Part shown: positions 1-7,958 of the stretch, piece after piece
Position numbering within the stretch: the stretch's first letter is position 1
How the letters are laid out: each line of letters opens with the position of its first letter
Virus record (IMG/VR): IMGVR_UViG_3300032321_000815
Span: 1-29,779 of that record
Length of the DNA: 29,779 bases
Strand: one strand, 5' to 3'
From: a virus
Lineage: Duplodnaviria > Caudoviricetes
The notes under the pieces: generated by a model
Database searches by the model: none
Seen by the model: only the letters and a program-made list of their open reading frames with translations
Told to the model about the DNA's origin: nothing
Program-made: the position numbers and the translations under genes

Positions 1-88
1 CTTTCCAGTGAATCTCGTACGCGACCGGCTGAGAACCAGCGGATGCAGGAGACGGCTCGGCCTCCCGTTTGGTGTTGTCATCGCTCAT
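1..88 (-). CDS. Small hypothetical cassette-type gene, 5' part only (runs off the left edge)
   Basis: ATG at 88-86 with AGGAG upstream; translates MSDDNTKREAEPSPASAGSQPVAYEIHWK; start lies inside attC-like site 1. Confidence 0.6.
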   Translation of the reverse strand, partial: MSDDNTKREAEPSPASAGSQPVAYEIHWK

Positions 89-119
89 TGTTCGCCGCTC
101 CTGATCCTGCGTGTTCTCA
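30..119 (+). mobile_element. attC-like integron cassette recombination site 1
   Basis: R'' TGAGAAC (30-36), 5-nt spacer, L'' GATGCAGG (42-49) ... L' CCTGATC (100-106), 6-nt spacer, R' GTTCTCA (113-119); one unpaired base in L'' and a second unpaired A in AG-A-CGGC vs GCCGCT; 90 bp. Confidence 0.8.
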
Positions 120-344
120 GCCCAGCCGATCAAGCAATCCCCGAACCACTCGCCCCGTTCTCTCCATCGCCCGGTAGCAAGCGTCGGCCTCAATCGCCAG
201 CAAAACCTCCCGCTCATCGGCGGTGAGCCTGAGCATCACAATTTTGTCACGCAGCCTCTCGTTGTCATGGATGAGCGCCCACGGTGGTCGCTGAGAACCA
301 CCGTCTACACCAGACGGCTTGGCTTGCTCTTGCTGTTCGCTCAT
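117..344 (-). CDS. Hypothetical protein (75 aa), reverse-oriented gene of a putative cassette
   Basis: ORF bounded by the two attC-like sites; stop codon in R' of site 1, start codon in the loop of site 2. Confidence 0.75.
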   Translation of the reverse strand: MSEQQEQAKPSGVDGGSQRPPWALIHDNERLRDKIVMLRLTADEREVLLAIEADACYRAMERTGRVVRGLLDRLG

Positions 345-383
345 CTTTCTCTACTCGCTCGCCGGTGAGACTGATCGTTCTCA
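292..383 (+). mobile_element. attC-like integron cassette recombination site 2
   Basis: R'' TGAGAAC (292-298), 5-nt spacer, L'' TCTACACC (304-311) ... L' GGTGAGA (364-370), 6-nt spacer, R' GTTCTCA (377-383); extra base at L'' position 4; 92 bp. Confidence 0.75.
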
Positions 384-686
384 CCTGTCACCCATCGCCA
401 CCGATCGCCGCGCGAGCCACTCCGCCTGGAGCGCCTCGAAGTAGACACACCAGACGATGTTCGCGTCCTTGCCGTGCCGATCAAGTAGGACCTTCCGAAG
501 GACCTCGAGCTTCATGCAGGCCGCGTTCGTGAACTTCTCGGTGAACGAACACCGCAGGTACGTCGTCGGCGGGTCGGCCTCGGCGAACGTGTCGAGGAAG
601 ATCTGGCCCGGGGCGTGTTTCCACCCGCCAGTCTCGTAGACATCGCGGCAGGCCCGCTGGAGCTGCTCGGCCGTGAACGTGGTCAT
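381..686 (-). CDS. Hypothetical phage protein (101 aa)
   Basis: ATGA overlap with the upstream replication gene; stop codon inside R' of attC-like site 2. Confidence 0.75.
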   Translation of the reverse strand: MTTFTAEQLQRACRDVYETGGWKHAPGQIFLDTFAEADPPTTYLRCSFTEKFTNAACMKLEVLRKVLLDRHGKDANIVWCVYFEALQAEWLARRSVAMGDR

Positions 687-1540
687 GTGGCGGCCTCCTG
701 TGACCTGATCTGCTCCGCGAGCCGTTTCTTCGTCGCCTCGAACGCCGCGGCGTCGCTACCCGACCAAGCCTGGGCAGGCGGACGGTCCTCCTGGCCGCGG
801 AATCCGCCGCGGGCCGGCGCGTGGTCCCGCGGGTTGTCGAACTGGCCCCCGAGGACCTTGTCGACGAAGCCAGCGGTCACGAGCTGCGGCAGCGTCACCG
901 GGTCGCGGAAGTATCGGCACCGCGGCAGGGCCTCGATCGCCGCCAGGGCCTTCGCGTACCAGCCGGGCTCGGCCAGCCGGTCGGCGGCCTTGTCGGGCGG
1001 GTCGGGCAGATTCCACGGGCGGCCCTTGCCGGCCTTCCAGGCCTTCCGCAGGGCCTCCCAGTCGCCCGGCTCGGGGTCTCCCTGCGCAGCCGTCCCGGGG
1101 GAAGAAGAAGAACTTCTCTCTCCTCTCTCTCTGGCGCGCGGCGCCCCGGCCGGGGGCGCGTCGCGCCCCGGCTGGGGGCGCTTAGCGCCCCCGACCTTGT
1201 CGACCTGGTGCCGGACGGTCGCCATGGCCCTGGATTTAGCGGCTTTTGAGAACCTGGCGTCCCATCCGGGGATACCAACGGTCCCATTTTCCGCGTCGAT
1301 CACGAGCCAGCCGACCTCCTGCACCGCGTACCAGAACGCCTCGTCGCCCCCGCAGACCTTCGACAGGAGCCGGAGCGACATCCGGGCCGACCCGTCGGAG
1401 CTGTTCAGCGAGGCCCAGGACCAGAGCATCGCCAGCCGGCCGACGATCGTATCGGCAGCCAGGCCGGTCCTGTCCGCCAGCTCGAGGACCTCTGGCTTCT
1501 GGGACAGGCAGCAGTCCAGTGGAATCCATTCACCGGCCAT
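683..1540 (-). CDS. Putative phage replication initiator protein
   Basis: N-terminus MAGEWIPLDCCLSQKPEVLELA...VGRLAMLWSWA resembles phage replication initiators; low-complexity central linker contains iteron-like repeats; lies downstream of SSB and helicase. Confidence 0.65.
   Translation of the reverse strand: MAGEWIPLDCCLSQKPEVLELADRTGLAADTIVGRLAMLWSWASLNSSDGSARMSLRLLSKVCGGDEAFWYAVQEVGWLVIDAENGTVGIPGWDARFSKAAKSRAMATVRHQVDKVGGAKRPQPGRDAPPAGAPRARERGERSSSSSPGTAAQGDPEPGDWEALRKAWKAGKGRPWNLPDPPDKAADRLAEPGWYAKALAAIEALPRCRYFRDPVTLPQLVTAGFVDKVLGGQFDNPRDHAPARGGFRGQEDRPPAQAWSGSDAAAFEATKKRLAEQIRSQEAAT
1101..1193. repeat. Putative replication origin: iterons plus a purine/pyrimidine-skewed tract
   Basis: GCGCCCCGGC(C/T)GGGGGCGC at 1141-1159 and 1163-1181, partial copy at 1185 (22-bp period), next to GAAGAAGAAGAACTTCTCTCTCCTCTCTCTCT at 1101-1132. 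Confidence 0.55.
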
Positions 1541-2120
1541 CCATGGCCTCCTTCATCGCGTTGACGAATGCTGGCCCGAAGTGCCTCCTGAGTTTCTCCA
1601 CCGCACCTGCAGGGTCGCGAGGGATGTAGACCTGGCGGTTCTCGCGAACGCCGGCCTTCACGAGAGCGGCGTTTGGCGACACCTCACCGGCCATTACTGC
1701 AGCAACCGTGTCCGCGTCGCACTCACGTTGCACGCGGGCAATCGAGTAGGCGCGAGAGTTGCCGTGTTCGTCAGTTATTCCCCTTACATTGTCAGGGGAT
1801 TCATCGTCCGCCCTCGGCCTGCCAGGCTTCCCGAGCATCGCCTCCCGGAACGCGGCCAGCGCCTCCGGGTCGTCGCGGATCACGGCCTCGACCTTCGATG
1901 GGTCTTCGCCCCAGCCGTGCACAGGCTTCGCGGTGATGAGTTCGCGGAGGCTTTTGAGTTCGATCACCTTCCCGCGGCAGACGCGGCGCTCCCACGCCCG
2001 TTCCGCGATCAGCTTTTTGAGCAGAGATGGGAACTGCCGCAGGCCGCCAGTCGCCTCGTACAGCGATTCGATTGTGGACTGGCACAGTTGGCCGCGCTCA
2101 ATCTCGTTGAGGTCAGGCAT
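1530..2120 (-). CDS. Hypothetical phage protein (196 aa), possibly DNA-binding
   Basis: ATG at 2120 overlapping the helicase end; contains KPGRPR and GNSRAY...GEVSPNAALVKAG motifs. Confidence 0.7.
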   Translation of the reverse strand: MPDLNEIERGQLCQSTIESLYEATGGLRQFPSLLKKLIAERAWERRVCRGKVIELKSLRELITAKPVHGWGEDPSKVEAVIRDDPEALAAFREAMLGKPGRPRADDESPDNVRGITDEHGNSRAYSIARVQRECDADTVAAVMAGEVSPNAALVKAGVRENRQVYIPRDPAGAVEKLRRHFGPAFVNAMKEAMDGR

Positions 2121-3867
2121 ACTCTCGCCCCCATTCAGTGATCGTGGCGAGCTTGCTGCGAAGTTCACTCTCCGTCATGCTGGCCTGCGGCTTGAACTTT
2201 CCGTGAACTTCCTTCACGTCAATCTCGGCGAGTTTCGCAAGCCAGTAGGCCTTTTGCTGGCACTTCTTGCGCAGCGAATCCATCACCTCCTCTTTGCTTT
2301 CCACGCGGACCTCTTGCTCGCCAAATCCATGCGAAACGCCGAGGCACGCCATCACCTCGAGCACCTTCTGCATCGGCACCTTCGTGGCTTCTGAAACCCT
2401 CTTGATTTCCCTCGCCTTGTCACACGCAACCGCCTCGCTTCCGATCATCACGACATCAGTGCCGTCGTGTGATGTGGAGTAAGAGTCGATCGGCTGATCG
2501 CGGCGCGGCTCGTCGTCCTTTTCGCGAGGATCGCCGTCGAACTGCTCCCGCAAGGCCTGCACCTGAGCGGCCTCAATGTTCTGGGCACAGCGGATCAGGC
2601 GAGGGTCGGCCGGCAGATAGACGTACCCCTCGCGGTCGTCTCCGTCCCTGTACCTGGAAACCCTTCCGATGAGTTGCCTGAAAAACAGCTCGGATGTCGT
2701 GTTGGTGAGGTAGCACAACACCTGCAGACGCTTGATGTCTGTTCCCTCGGAAACCTTCCTGACGGCCACGAGCCATTCCTTTCGGCTCGTGCGAAAGGAC
2801 CGAACCGTGTCGTTTTCCATGTCCGAGTCGCTCACGATCACGCTCGGGACGCACCCCGTGATGTCGCGGATTGCCTCGGCAACTTGAATGGCGTGAGTCT
2901 GGTCTACGCACGCGGCCAGGGCTGCCGCATCAGGCGTTGTCTCGCGAACCTCCAGGAGCTTCGCGTGAGCCTGCCTGATCTGTTCGCGGACAAACTCTCC
3001 GCGGGCGTCAAGAAGCCTCCAGAGCACACGAGATGCCTCGTCGTCTGACGCATCACTGGAGAGCATCTGCGTGTCGCCAGTGATGTCGTTGGTGATGATT
3101 CCACGAGAGTAGTCAAACACCAGATAGCGAACCACGTTCTCGTTCAGAGCGCGAGGGTAGTCGTATGAAAAATCACCGACCGCAAACCCGTTGCCGTCGT
3201 ACTTCACAAACGGGATCGGAGTGCCGTCAGATCTCCAGGCCGTACCAGAAAGAAGAAGTCGCTCTTTCGCCAACTCAAAGGCGTCGGTGATCCCGCGACC
3301 AAAGTGCGCCTCGTCGCCGCAGTGGTGAACCTCGTCGAAAACAACAATCGTCGGAGCAACGCTGCACAACTTTCGGAACAGTGCGGAGTTGTTGGCGACG
3401 TAGTGGTACGTTGTCACGCCACCCTGAAATCCATCTTTGAAGTTCGTCCCAAACTCCTTGGTCTGCAGCTCGATGCCGAACTTGACGGCCTCCTCTCGCC
3501 ACTGCTCACGAAGGTTGTCTGTCGGCACGATAACGATCATCCTCCGATCGCTTCCAGCGGCCATCCACGTCCTGCAAGCCTCAAGTGCCGCCATCGTCTT
3601 GCCACCGCCTGGGATGACGATCAGCAAGAAAGACTTGCCGCTCCGTGCTTGCCATTGAGCGAAGAACTCCTGCTGCCACTTGCGTGCCTCGAAAGCGAAT
3701 GCCCCCTTCTTCTTGTTGGTGGATGGCGAAATATTCTGACAGTTCTCCACTTTGGTTATTCCTCCGTTGGATGCAGGCATGATGTGATCCCCGTCGCCTT
3801 CGCGTCCGGTAACGATCGCGACGGCCGACTTCTGCTTCTGAGTGAATAACCGCTTTTCCTCGCTCAC
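2113..3867 (-). CDS. SF2 (DEAD/DEAH, ResIII-like) helicase with N-terminal HNH-like domain
   Basis: Walker A PGGGKT, DEVH, LSGT, VSEGTD and QLIGRVSR motifs; N-terminal DHIMPASNGG...ENCQ...N..KG; GTG start at 3867 overlaps the upstream stop. Confidence 0.85.
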   Translation of the reverse strand: MSEEKRLFTQKQKSAVAIVTGREGDGDHIMPASNGGITKVENCQNISPSTNKKKGAFAFEARKWQQEFFAQWQARSGKSFLLIVIPGGGKTMAALEACRTWMAAGSDRRMIVIVPTDNLREQWREEAVKFGIELQTKEFGTNFKDGFQGGVTTYHYVANNSALFRKLCSVAPTIVVFDEVHHCGDEAHFGRGITDAFELAKERLLLSGTAWRSDGTPIPFVKYDGNGFAVGDFSYDYPRALNENVVRYLVFDYSRGIITNDITGDTQMLSSDASDDEASRVLWRLLDARGEFVREQIRQAHAKLLEVRETTPDAAALAACVDQTHAIQVAEAIRDITGCVPSVIVSDSDMENDTVRSFRTSRKEWLVAVRKVSEGTDIKRLQVLCYLTNTTSELFFRQLIGRVSRYRDGDDREGYVYLPADPRLIRCAQNIEAAQVQALREQFDGDPREKDDEPRRDQPIDSYSTSHDGTDVVMIGSEAVACDKAREIKRVSEATKVPMQKVLEVMACLGVSHGFGEQEVRVESKEEVMDSLRKKCQQKAYWLAKLAEIDVKEVHGKFKPQASMTESELRSKLATITEWGREYA

Positions 3868-4226
3868 TTCTTCGCCCTCCATAGCCGCCCACCGCTCGTC
3901 CCGTGGCCCTTGCTCCGCGCGACGAACCCGGCCTCCTCGATCAGCCCGTCCCGCTTCAACTTCCCGAACACAGCCCCGAACGCTCTCGCGTCATGCGGGA
4001 CGATCCCGAGCCGCTGACAGTGGTCGACGAGCTGCTCGCCGCTGCGGGCCTGGCTGTCCGCCAGGACCTCGAGCACCGCGGCCCGGGCCCGGCCGGCGTC
4101 GAAGGCGGTCGTCCGCTCGGCCTTCGCCGCGCAGGCCTCGGCCGCGGCCTGGCCGACGGCCGCCGGCTTCGCCTGGGCGAAGATCGGCATGGCCTCGATC
4201 GCTTCCATGCTCGTCCGCAGTGCCAT
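3864..4226 (-). CDS. Hypothetical protein (120 aa), possible winged-helix
   Basis: ATG at 4226 (MALRTSME) just after the upstream stop; C-terminal SGEQLVDHC...RAFGAVF..L.RDGLIE pattern. Confidence 0.65.
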   Translation of the reverse strand: MALRTSMEAIEAMPIFAQAKPAAVGQAAAEACAAKAERTTAFDAGRARAAVLEVLADSQARSGEQLVDHCQRLGIVPHDARAFGAVFGKLKRDGLIEEAGFVARSKGHGTSGGRLWRAKK

Positions 4227-4228
4227 GG

Positions 4229-4447
4229 TCAGTCCCCCGTCCAGTTGGTGCCGGCCCGTGGCCCGGCGTAGCCGAGCGATTGCGGGCCGTTTCCCCAGCG
4301 CTCGAACCAGGCCCGACGGACGGCGAGCTCGTCGGCGTATGGCCGATTGCCGTCCATCGACTCCATCGCGACGGCGTTCGCGATCTGCATCGCGGCGTGC
4401 CGGTCGGCTGCCGTGTTGATCGCGTCGATCGCATCCGTGATCGTCAT
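4229..4447 (-). CDS. Hypothetical protein (72 aa)
   Basis: GGAGG RBS before ATG; fits the operon. Confidence 0.7.
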   Translation of the reverse strand: MTITDAIDAINTAADRHAAMQIANAVAMESMDGNRPYADELAVRRAWFERWGNGPQSLGYAGPRAGTNWTGD

Positions 4448-4465
4448 CCTGACCTCCGTGTATGG

Positions 4466-4605
4466 GCCCCGTGTCGTGGGGCGGTCGCCTGGTGCAGGTC
4501 GCGAAAGTAAACGTCCTCACCAGGTGCCGGTGTTATGTCGCGACCGCCGGCAGCGCTCTCCCTGTGGCCGAGATAGGCAGCCACTAGCGGCCCGGGAGCG
4601 GGCCG
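4466..4605 (-). ncRNA. Putative structured intergenic RNA (five hairpins, possible kissing loop)
   Basis: Stems 4466-4482, 4488-4524, 4525-4552, 4564-4584 and 4588-4605; loop sequences GGTCGCGA (4497-4504) and TCGCGACC (4538-4545) are complementary. Confidence 0.5.
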
Positions 4606-4616
4606 TGGACGTTAGG

Positions 4617-5012
4617 TCACTGAATCCTGAACTTGACCCCTTCCGCAGTCGTTGAAGTCACGACGCAGTCGTAGCCAGAACCAGTTTCAAGCCCAAAGGA
4701 TGAGAGAGATTGCGGACGGACTGTAAAACGCACGGTGAGGCTGACCGATTTCTTTCCACCGCTACTAAGAGCGTTACCTTCGCCGTTGTTGTTCGTCCGA
4801 GCACAAGTCCACTCCATCAAATCCTCGTTGAAGTCAGCAGTCACTTTGTCGCCGTCGATCCACCGCATCCGAGCGAGCAGCGACTCGCCAAAACGAATAC
4901 CTACGGCTACCCTCTTTGCTCCGCTGCCGGTCGCAAAGACTCGAACGTCTGTGAGTTGGTCGCCTGAACGCCGCCCACCCCTGGCAGACCTACGAAGCTG
5001 AATGATTCCCAT
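4617..5012 (-). CDS. Hypothetical protein (131 aa), visibly lower GC (moron-like)
   Basis: ATG at 5012 with GGAG RBS (MGIIQLRR); more A/T-ending codons than neighbours. Confidence 0.65.
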   Translation of the reverse strand: MGIIQLRRSARGGRRSGDQLTDVRVFATGSGAKRVAVGIRFGESLLARMRWIDGDKVTADFNEDLMEWTCARTNNNGEGNALSSGGKKSVSLTVRFTVRPQSLSSFGLETGSGYDCVVTSTTAEGVKFRIQ

Positions 5013-5095
5013 CTGCGGATCTCCTGTCGTTTGGAACTGAAATGAACCGTTCGCCAACGCGGCGAGCGGCACTGTTTGCCTTCGAGTGACGACGA

Positions 5096-5311
5096 TCAAT
5101 CGTCGCGGCCCGAATGCTCCTCGACGAACTTGATCAGGTCGGCGCCCTTCACGAACCAGCGCTTGCCGTAGCGGAGCGCCCTCAGACCGGCACGACGCGC
5201 GGCTCGCCAGCCGGACGGGCGCCAGCCCATGCGGGCGGCAAGCTCGTCGGATCGGTAGAGTTTCGAGGGGTCGATCGAGGTATCTGGGATACGGGTGACT
5301 GTCACGGGCAT
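5096..5311 (-). CDS. Helix-turn-helix DNA-binding protein (excisionase/MerR-like)
   Basis: LYRSDELAARMGW...GLRALRYGKRWFVKGADLIKFVE; AGGAG RBS. Confidence 0.7.
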   Translation of the reverse strand: MPVTVTRIPDTSIDPSKLYRSDELAARMGWRPSGWRAARRAGLRALRYGKRWFVKGADLIKFVEEHSGRDD

Positions 5312-5347
5312 GGGTGGCTCCTAGATGTTTTGGAGGTAGCGTGGATC

Positions 5348-5872
5348 TCAGAACGGAATGTCGTCTTCCGGCATCGACGCCGCCGCGTCGGCCTTCTTCG
5401 TCGGCGTCCGATTGGCGGGCGGCCTCGAGCTCGGCGGCGCGACCGCTCGCTCGACGGCCGGCTTCGCGGTCGCGGTCTCGACTGGTGCCGCGCCGGCCCC
5501 CGGCAGGAACTCGGCCACATTGACGAACGTCCCTCCGCTGGTCCCGGCCTTGTGGTAGACGCGAGCCTTCACCCGAAGGCCCTCAAAGTCTTTCAGCGTC
5601 GTTCCGGCCCAGGCCTCGCGTGTGATCCCGAGCGATGTCCTGAACGTCGAGAGGATCCGCTTCGCCCAGTTTGCCGTCTTCGGCATCCGGGCAAAGACCC
5701 AGCCGAAGCGTCGGTCGTCGTGGGCCAGGCGGATCTCGACACGCTCGGGCGAGTCGATAACGGCCTTCACCGTGAACTCGTGATCGCCCTCTGGGACGAG
5801 CTCGCGTTCCGGTGCCTTCGCGTCGGTCGTGGCGGTGTCTATGAACTCTTCGTCGATCCCCCAACTAGGCAT
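5348..5872 (-). CDS. Single-stranded DNA-binding protein-like (DUF669-type)
   Basis: LVPEGDHEFTV N-terminal motif, low-complexity linker, acidic EDDIPF tail; close to the AAA recombination ATPase. Confidence 0.75.
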   Translation of the reverse strand: MPSWGIDEEFIDTATTDAKAPERELVPEGDHEFTVKAVIDSPERVEIRLAHDDRRFGWVFARMPKTANWAKRILSTFRTSLGITREAWAGTTLKDFEGLRVKARVYHKAGTSGGTFVNVAEFLPGAGAAPVETATAKPAVERAVAPPSSRPPANRTPTKKADAAASMPEDDIPF

Positions 5873-6119
5873 TTTCGATTCCTTTCGTCGTCATGGATTC
5901 CGCGAACTCGATCACGGCGATCAAGTGGTCGCGGCCGTAGTGGTTGTGGCCGTAGGCCTTCTCCGGCTTCGGCAGGTGAGCGATCGCCGTCCTGATCTCG
6001 TAGCGCGTCATCCGGTAGCCGGCGGCTTGCGACGCGTCGACAAGGTCAGAACATCGGAACCAGTCGCGGTCGTGGTCGCCGCGGAGGCCCGAGAACGTCA
6101 GGTGTTCGAGGATGGTCAC
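5865..6119 (-). CDS. Hypothetical protein (84 aa)
   Basis: GTG start overlapping the ATPase stop (GTGA) with GGAGG RBS. Confidence 0.65.
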   Translation of the reverse strand: MTILEHLTFSGLRGDHDRDWFRCSDLVDASQAAGYRMTRYEIRTAIAHLPKPEKAYGHNHYGRDHLIAVIEFAESMTTKGIENA

Positions 6120-7117
6120 GAGGCGACCTCCTCGACTGGGTCGATTTGCTTGTGCCGATCGTTCAGACGGTCGGTGAGCTGCGACCACTCGTCGGCCGTG
6201 ATCTGGTCGGTCGAGACCAGCTCGTCGAGCCGGTTGCCGATCTTCCCGAGCGTCCGCACGTTCGCCGCCTGGGCGATGAACAACGCGATCTGAGCGTAGA
6301 GCGGCAGCTCCTGTGTCTCAAACTGCTCAACATGCGCCACCGTCAGGCCTGGGGCGACAGCCTTGACAGATTTGGTCAAGGGTCGGCCATCCCCGTTCAG
6401 ATTGGCTGCCGGCTCGGCCTTCACGGCCTCGCCACCCGCAAGCCATTCGGCCAGCCTCTTCCCCGTCTCGGCCGTGATCGGCTTCGGGTCTCCGCCGAAG
6501 ATCCCTGTCCGATCCTTCGATACGGTCGCGTAGTGGCCGTCGTGGACCAGGTCAAGAACGGTCGTGAACTCGTACTCCAGGCCGTCGCGGGCCTCGAGCT
6601 TCATCCCGAGCTTTGTCACCTTCTTCCGACCGTGGTCCTCGACCTGGGCGGTCTCGGTCTTACTGCGGCCCGTGCAAATCACATGGGCCGACGACCGCAG
6701 GATCGCGTCGACGAATGCCCGCCACCGAGGCGTGATCACTGAGAAAGCCGACCAGGTGTTCCCGCGGAACTGTGCCTTCGCGATGTCGTCGACCAACTCC
6801 AGGCACCCGCCCTTGCCGCTCCAGCAGTGGGTGACGGAGTCGATGACGATCACCTCGTAGCCCGCGGCCTCGGCCCCCGAGATCGCCTCGACGTACCTCT
6901 CCGGCGTGAACGGCGGCTTCAGGTCGATCACGTCGAACTCGTGCAGCTCGTCGTAGAGGTCGCTCGACCCTTCCTCGGTGTCGATGACGACCGTCTTCCC
7001 GCCGAGGCCCTTCGCCAGGAGCAGGGCTCCGAACGTCTTCCCGCCGCCGCTCGGGCTGGTCAGCAGGATCCGGAGCTTCGTTGCCGATCGCTTCGCCTTC
7101 CTGATGGAAATCGTCAT
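6116..7117 (-). CDS. AAA_24 / Sak4-like phage recombination ATPase
   Basis: Walker A SPSGGGKT, VIDTE, Walker B VIVIDS, YEFT..LDL and KDRT motifs. Confidence 0.85.
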   Translation of the reverse strand: MTISIRKAKRSATKLRILLTSPSGGGKTFGALLLAKGLGGKTVVIDTEEGSSDLYDELHEFDVIDLKPPFTPERYVEAISGAEAAGYEVIVIDSVTHCWSGKGGCLELVDDIAKAQFRGNTWSAFSVITPRWRAFVDAILRSSAHVICTGRSKTETAQVEDHGRKKVTKLGMKLEARDGLEYEFTTVLDLVHDGHYATVSKDRTGIFGGDPKPITAETGKRLAEWLAGGEAVKAEPAANLNGDGRPLTKSVKAVAPGLTVAHVEQFETQELPLYAQIALFIAQAANVRTLGKIGNRLDELVSTDQITADEWSQLTDRLNDRHKQIDPVEEVAS

Positions 7118-7383
7118 ACCCCATACCTCCTCACATTGTTTGCAGACATCCAGCCCGTCTCGCGGAACACCCGCGAGGCGACGGCACGGGCGGGATCCTC
7201 CGCCCGTGCCTCCTCGACTCCGTCCAGCCCGGCCTCCAGCCGGTCTCCCTGCCGCCGCCGTTCCGTGGCCTCGGCCTCGTCCGTGAATGTGTGTAGGGCG
7301 AACACGATCGCGACCATCGCGAACGCGGCCGACAGGATTGACGACCCGACGATCCAGGCCGCGAGGAACTGCTCCAGCGTCAT
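7114..7383 (-). CDS. Small membrane protein (89 aa)
   Basis: N-terminal hydrophobic helix FLAAWIVGSSILSAAFAMVAIVFAL; ATGA overlaps on both sides. Confidence 0.7.
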   Translation of the reverse strand: MTLEQFLAAWIVGSSILSAAFAMVAIVFALHTFTDEAEATERRRQGDRLEAGLDGVEEARAEDPARAVASRVFRETGWMSANNVRRYGV

Positions 7384-7640
7384 TTCCAGATCTCCCCGTC
7401 GGCGTCCTCGAGGTAGGGCATCGCGTGTTCCAGGGCCGCCCGGGCCCGAAGGACGGTCACGCTGTTCACCGGGGCCTGTGTCCGCTCGACCTCGTCAAGC
7501 AGGTCCTCCAGGGCCCGCAGCGGCCGCCAGGCCGCGATCACCAGATGCCGTGCCAGGCGGGCTCCGCGAGCCATCGGGTGATTCCGGTCGTTCGTGTTCC
7601 GATGGAGCGCGGTGTCGTTGCGTGAAGTCATGCGTGCCAT
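7380..7640 (-). CDS. Hypothetical protein (86 aa)
   Basis: GAGGAGGA RBS; operon coupling. Confidence 0.7.
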   Translation of the reverse strand: MARMTSRNDTALHRNTNDRNHPMARGARLARHLVIAAWRPLRALEDLLDEVERTQAPVNSVTVLRARAALEHAMPYLEDADGEIWK

Positions 7641-7652
7641 GTGTCGTCCTCC

Positions 7653-7934
7653 TCAGAAGGGGAGGATCGAGCCGATCGGCCACGGCCGACCGTCGATCAC
7701 GCGGACGGTTTTCTCGTCGTCGGCCTCGACCACTACGAGCGGCCGGTCCCCTTCCTGGATCCTGATCACACGGCCGGCTTCCCATTCGGTGTCCGTGTGA
7801 AACTTCAGCCGGTAGGCGATCCGGTCGCCTACGCTCGGCAGGTTGCAGGCCTCCAGACGGCCGTAGGTCTCGGCCATTCCTGCAACGGCACCGGAGTATT
7901 CGCGATCGTGTGGGTCGTTGTCGTTGGTCATCAT
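7653..7934 (-). CDS. Hypothetical protein (93 aa), beta-rich C-terminal half
   Basis: AAGGAG RBS before ATGATG at 7934; first gene after a putative promoter. Confidence 0.7.
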   Translation of the reverse strand: MMTNDNDPHDREYSGAVAGMAETYGRLEACNLPSVGDRIAYRLKFHTDTEWEAGRVIRIQEGDRPLVVVEADDEKTVRVIDGRPWPIGSILPF

Positions 7935-7958
7935 TCGCTCCTTCGTTTGGGTGTCCTG

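Noticed and set aside
30-383. CRISPR array or simple terminators as the explanation of the left-end repeats
   Set aside because: The units are ~90-bp divergent palindromes separated by a whole gene, with no U-tracts and no identical short repeats.
615-2141. 508-aa plus-strand ORF, and similar long plus-strand ORFs at 18575-20851 and 24395-26428
   Set aside because: They are antisense shadows of motif-bearing minus-strand genes in high-GC DNA and have no recognisable motifs of their own.
4611-5095. GTTAGGT (canonical R') beside the stop of the low-GC gene 4617-5012, as a third cassette
   Set aside because: I found no complementary R'' or L''/L' boxes at the other end; a 7-mer alone can be chance.
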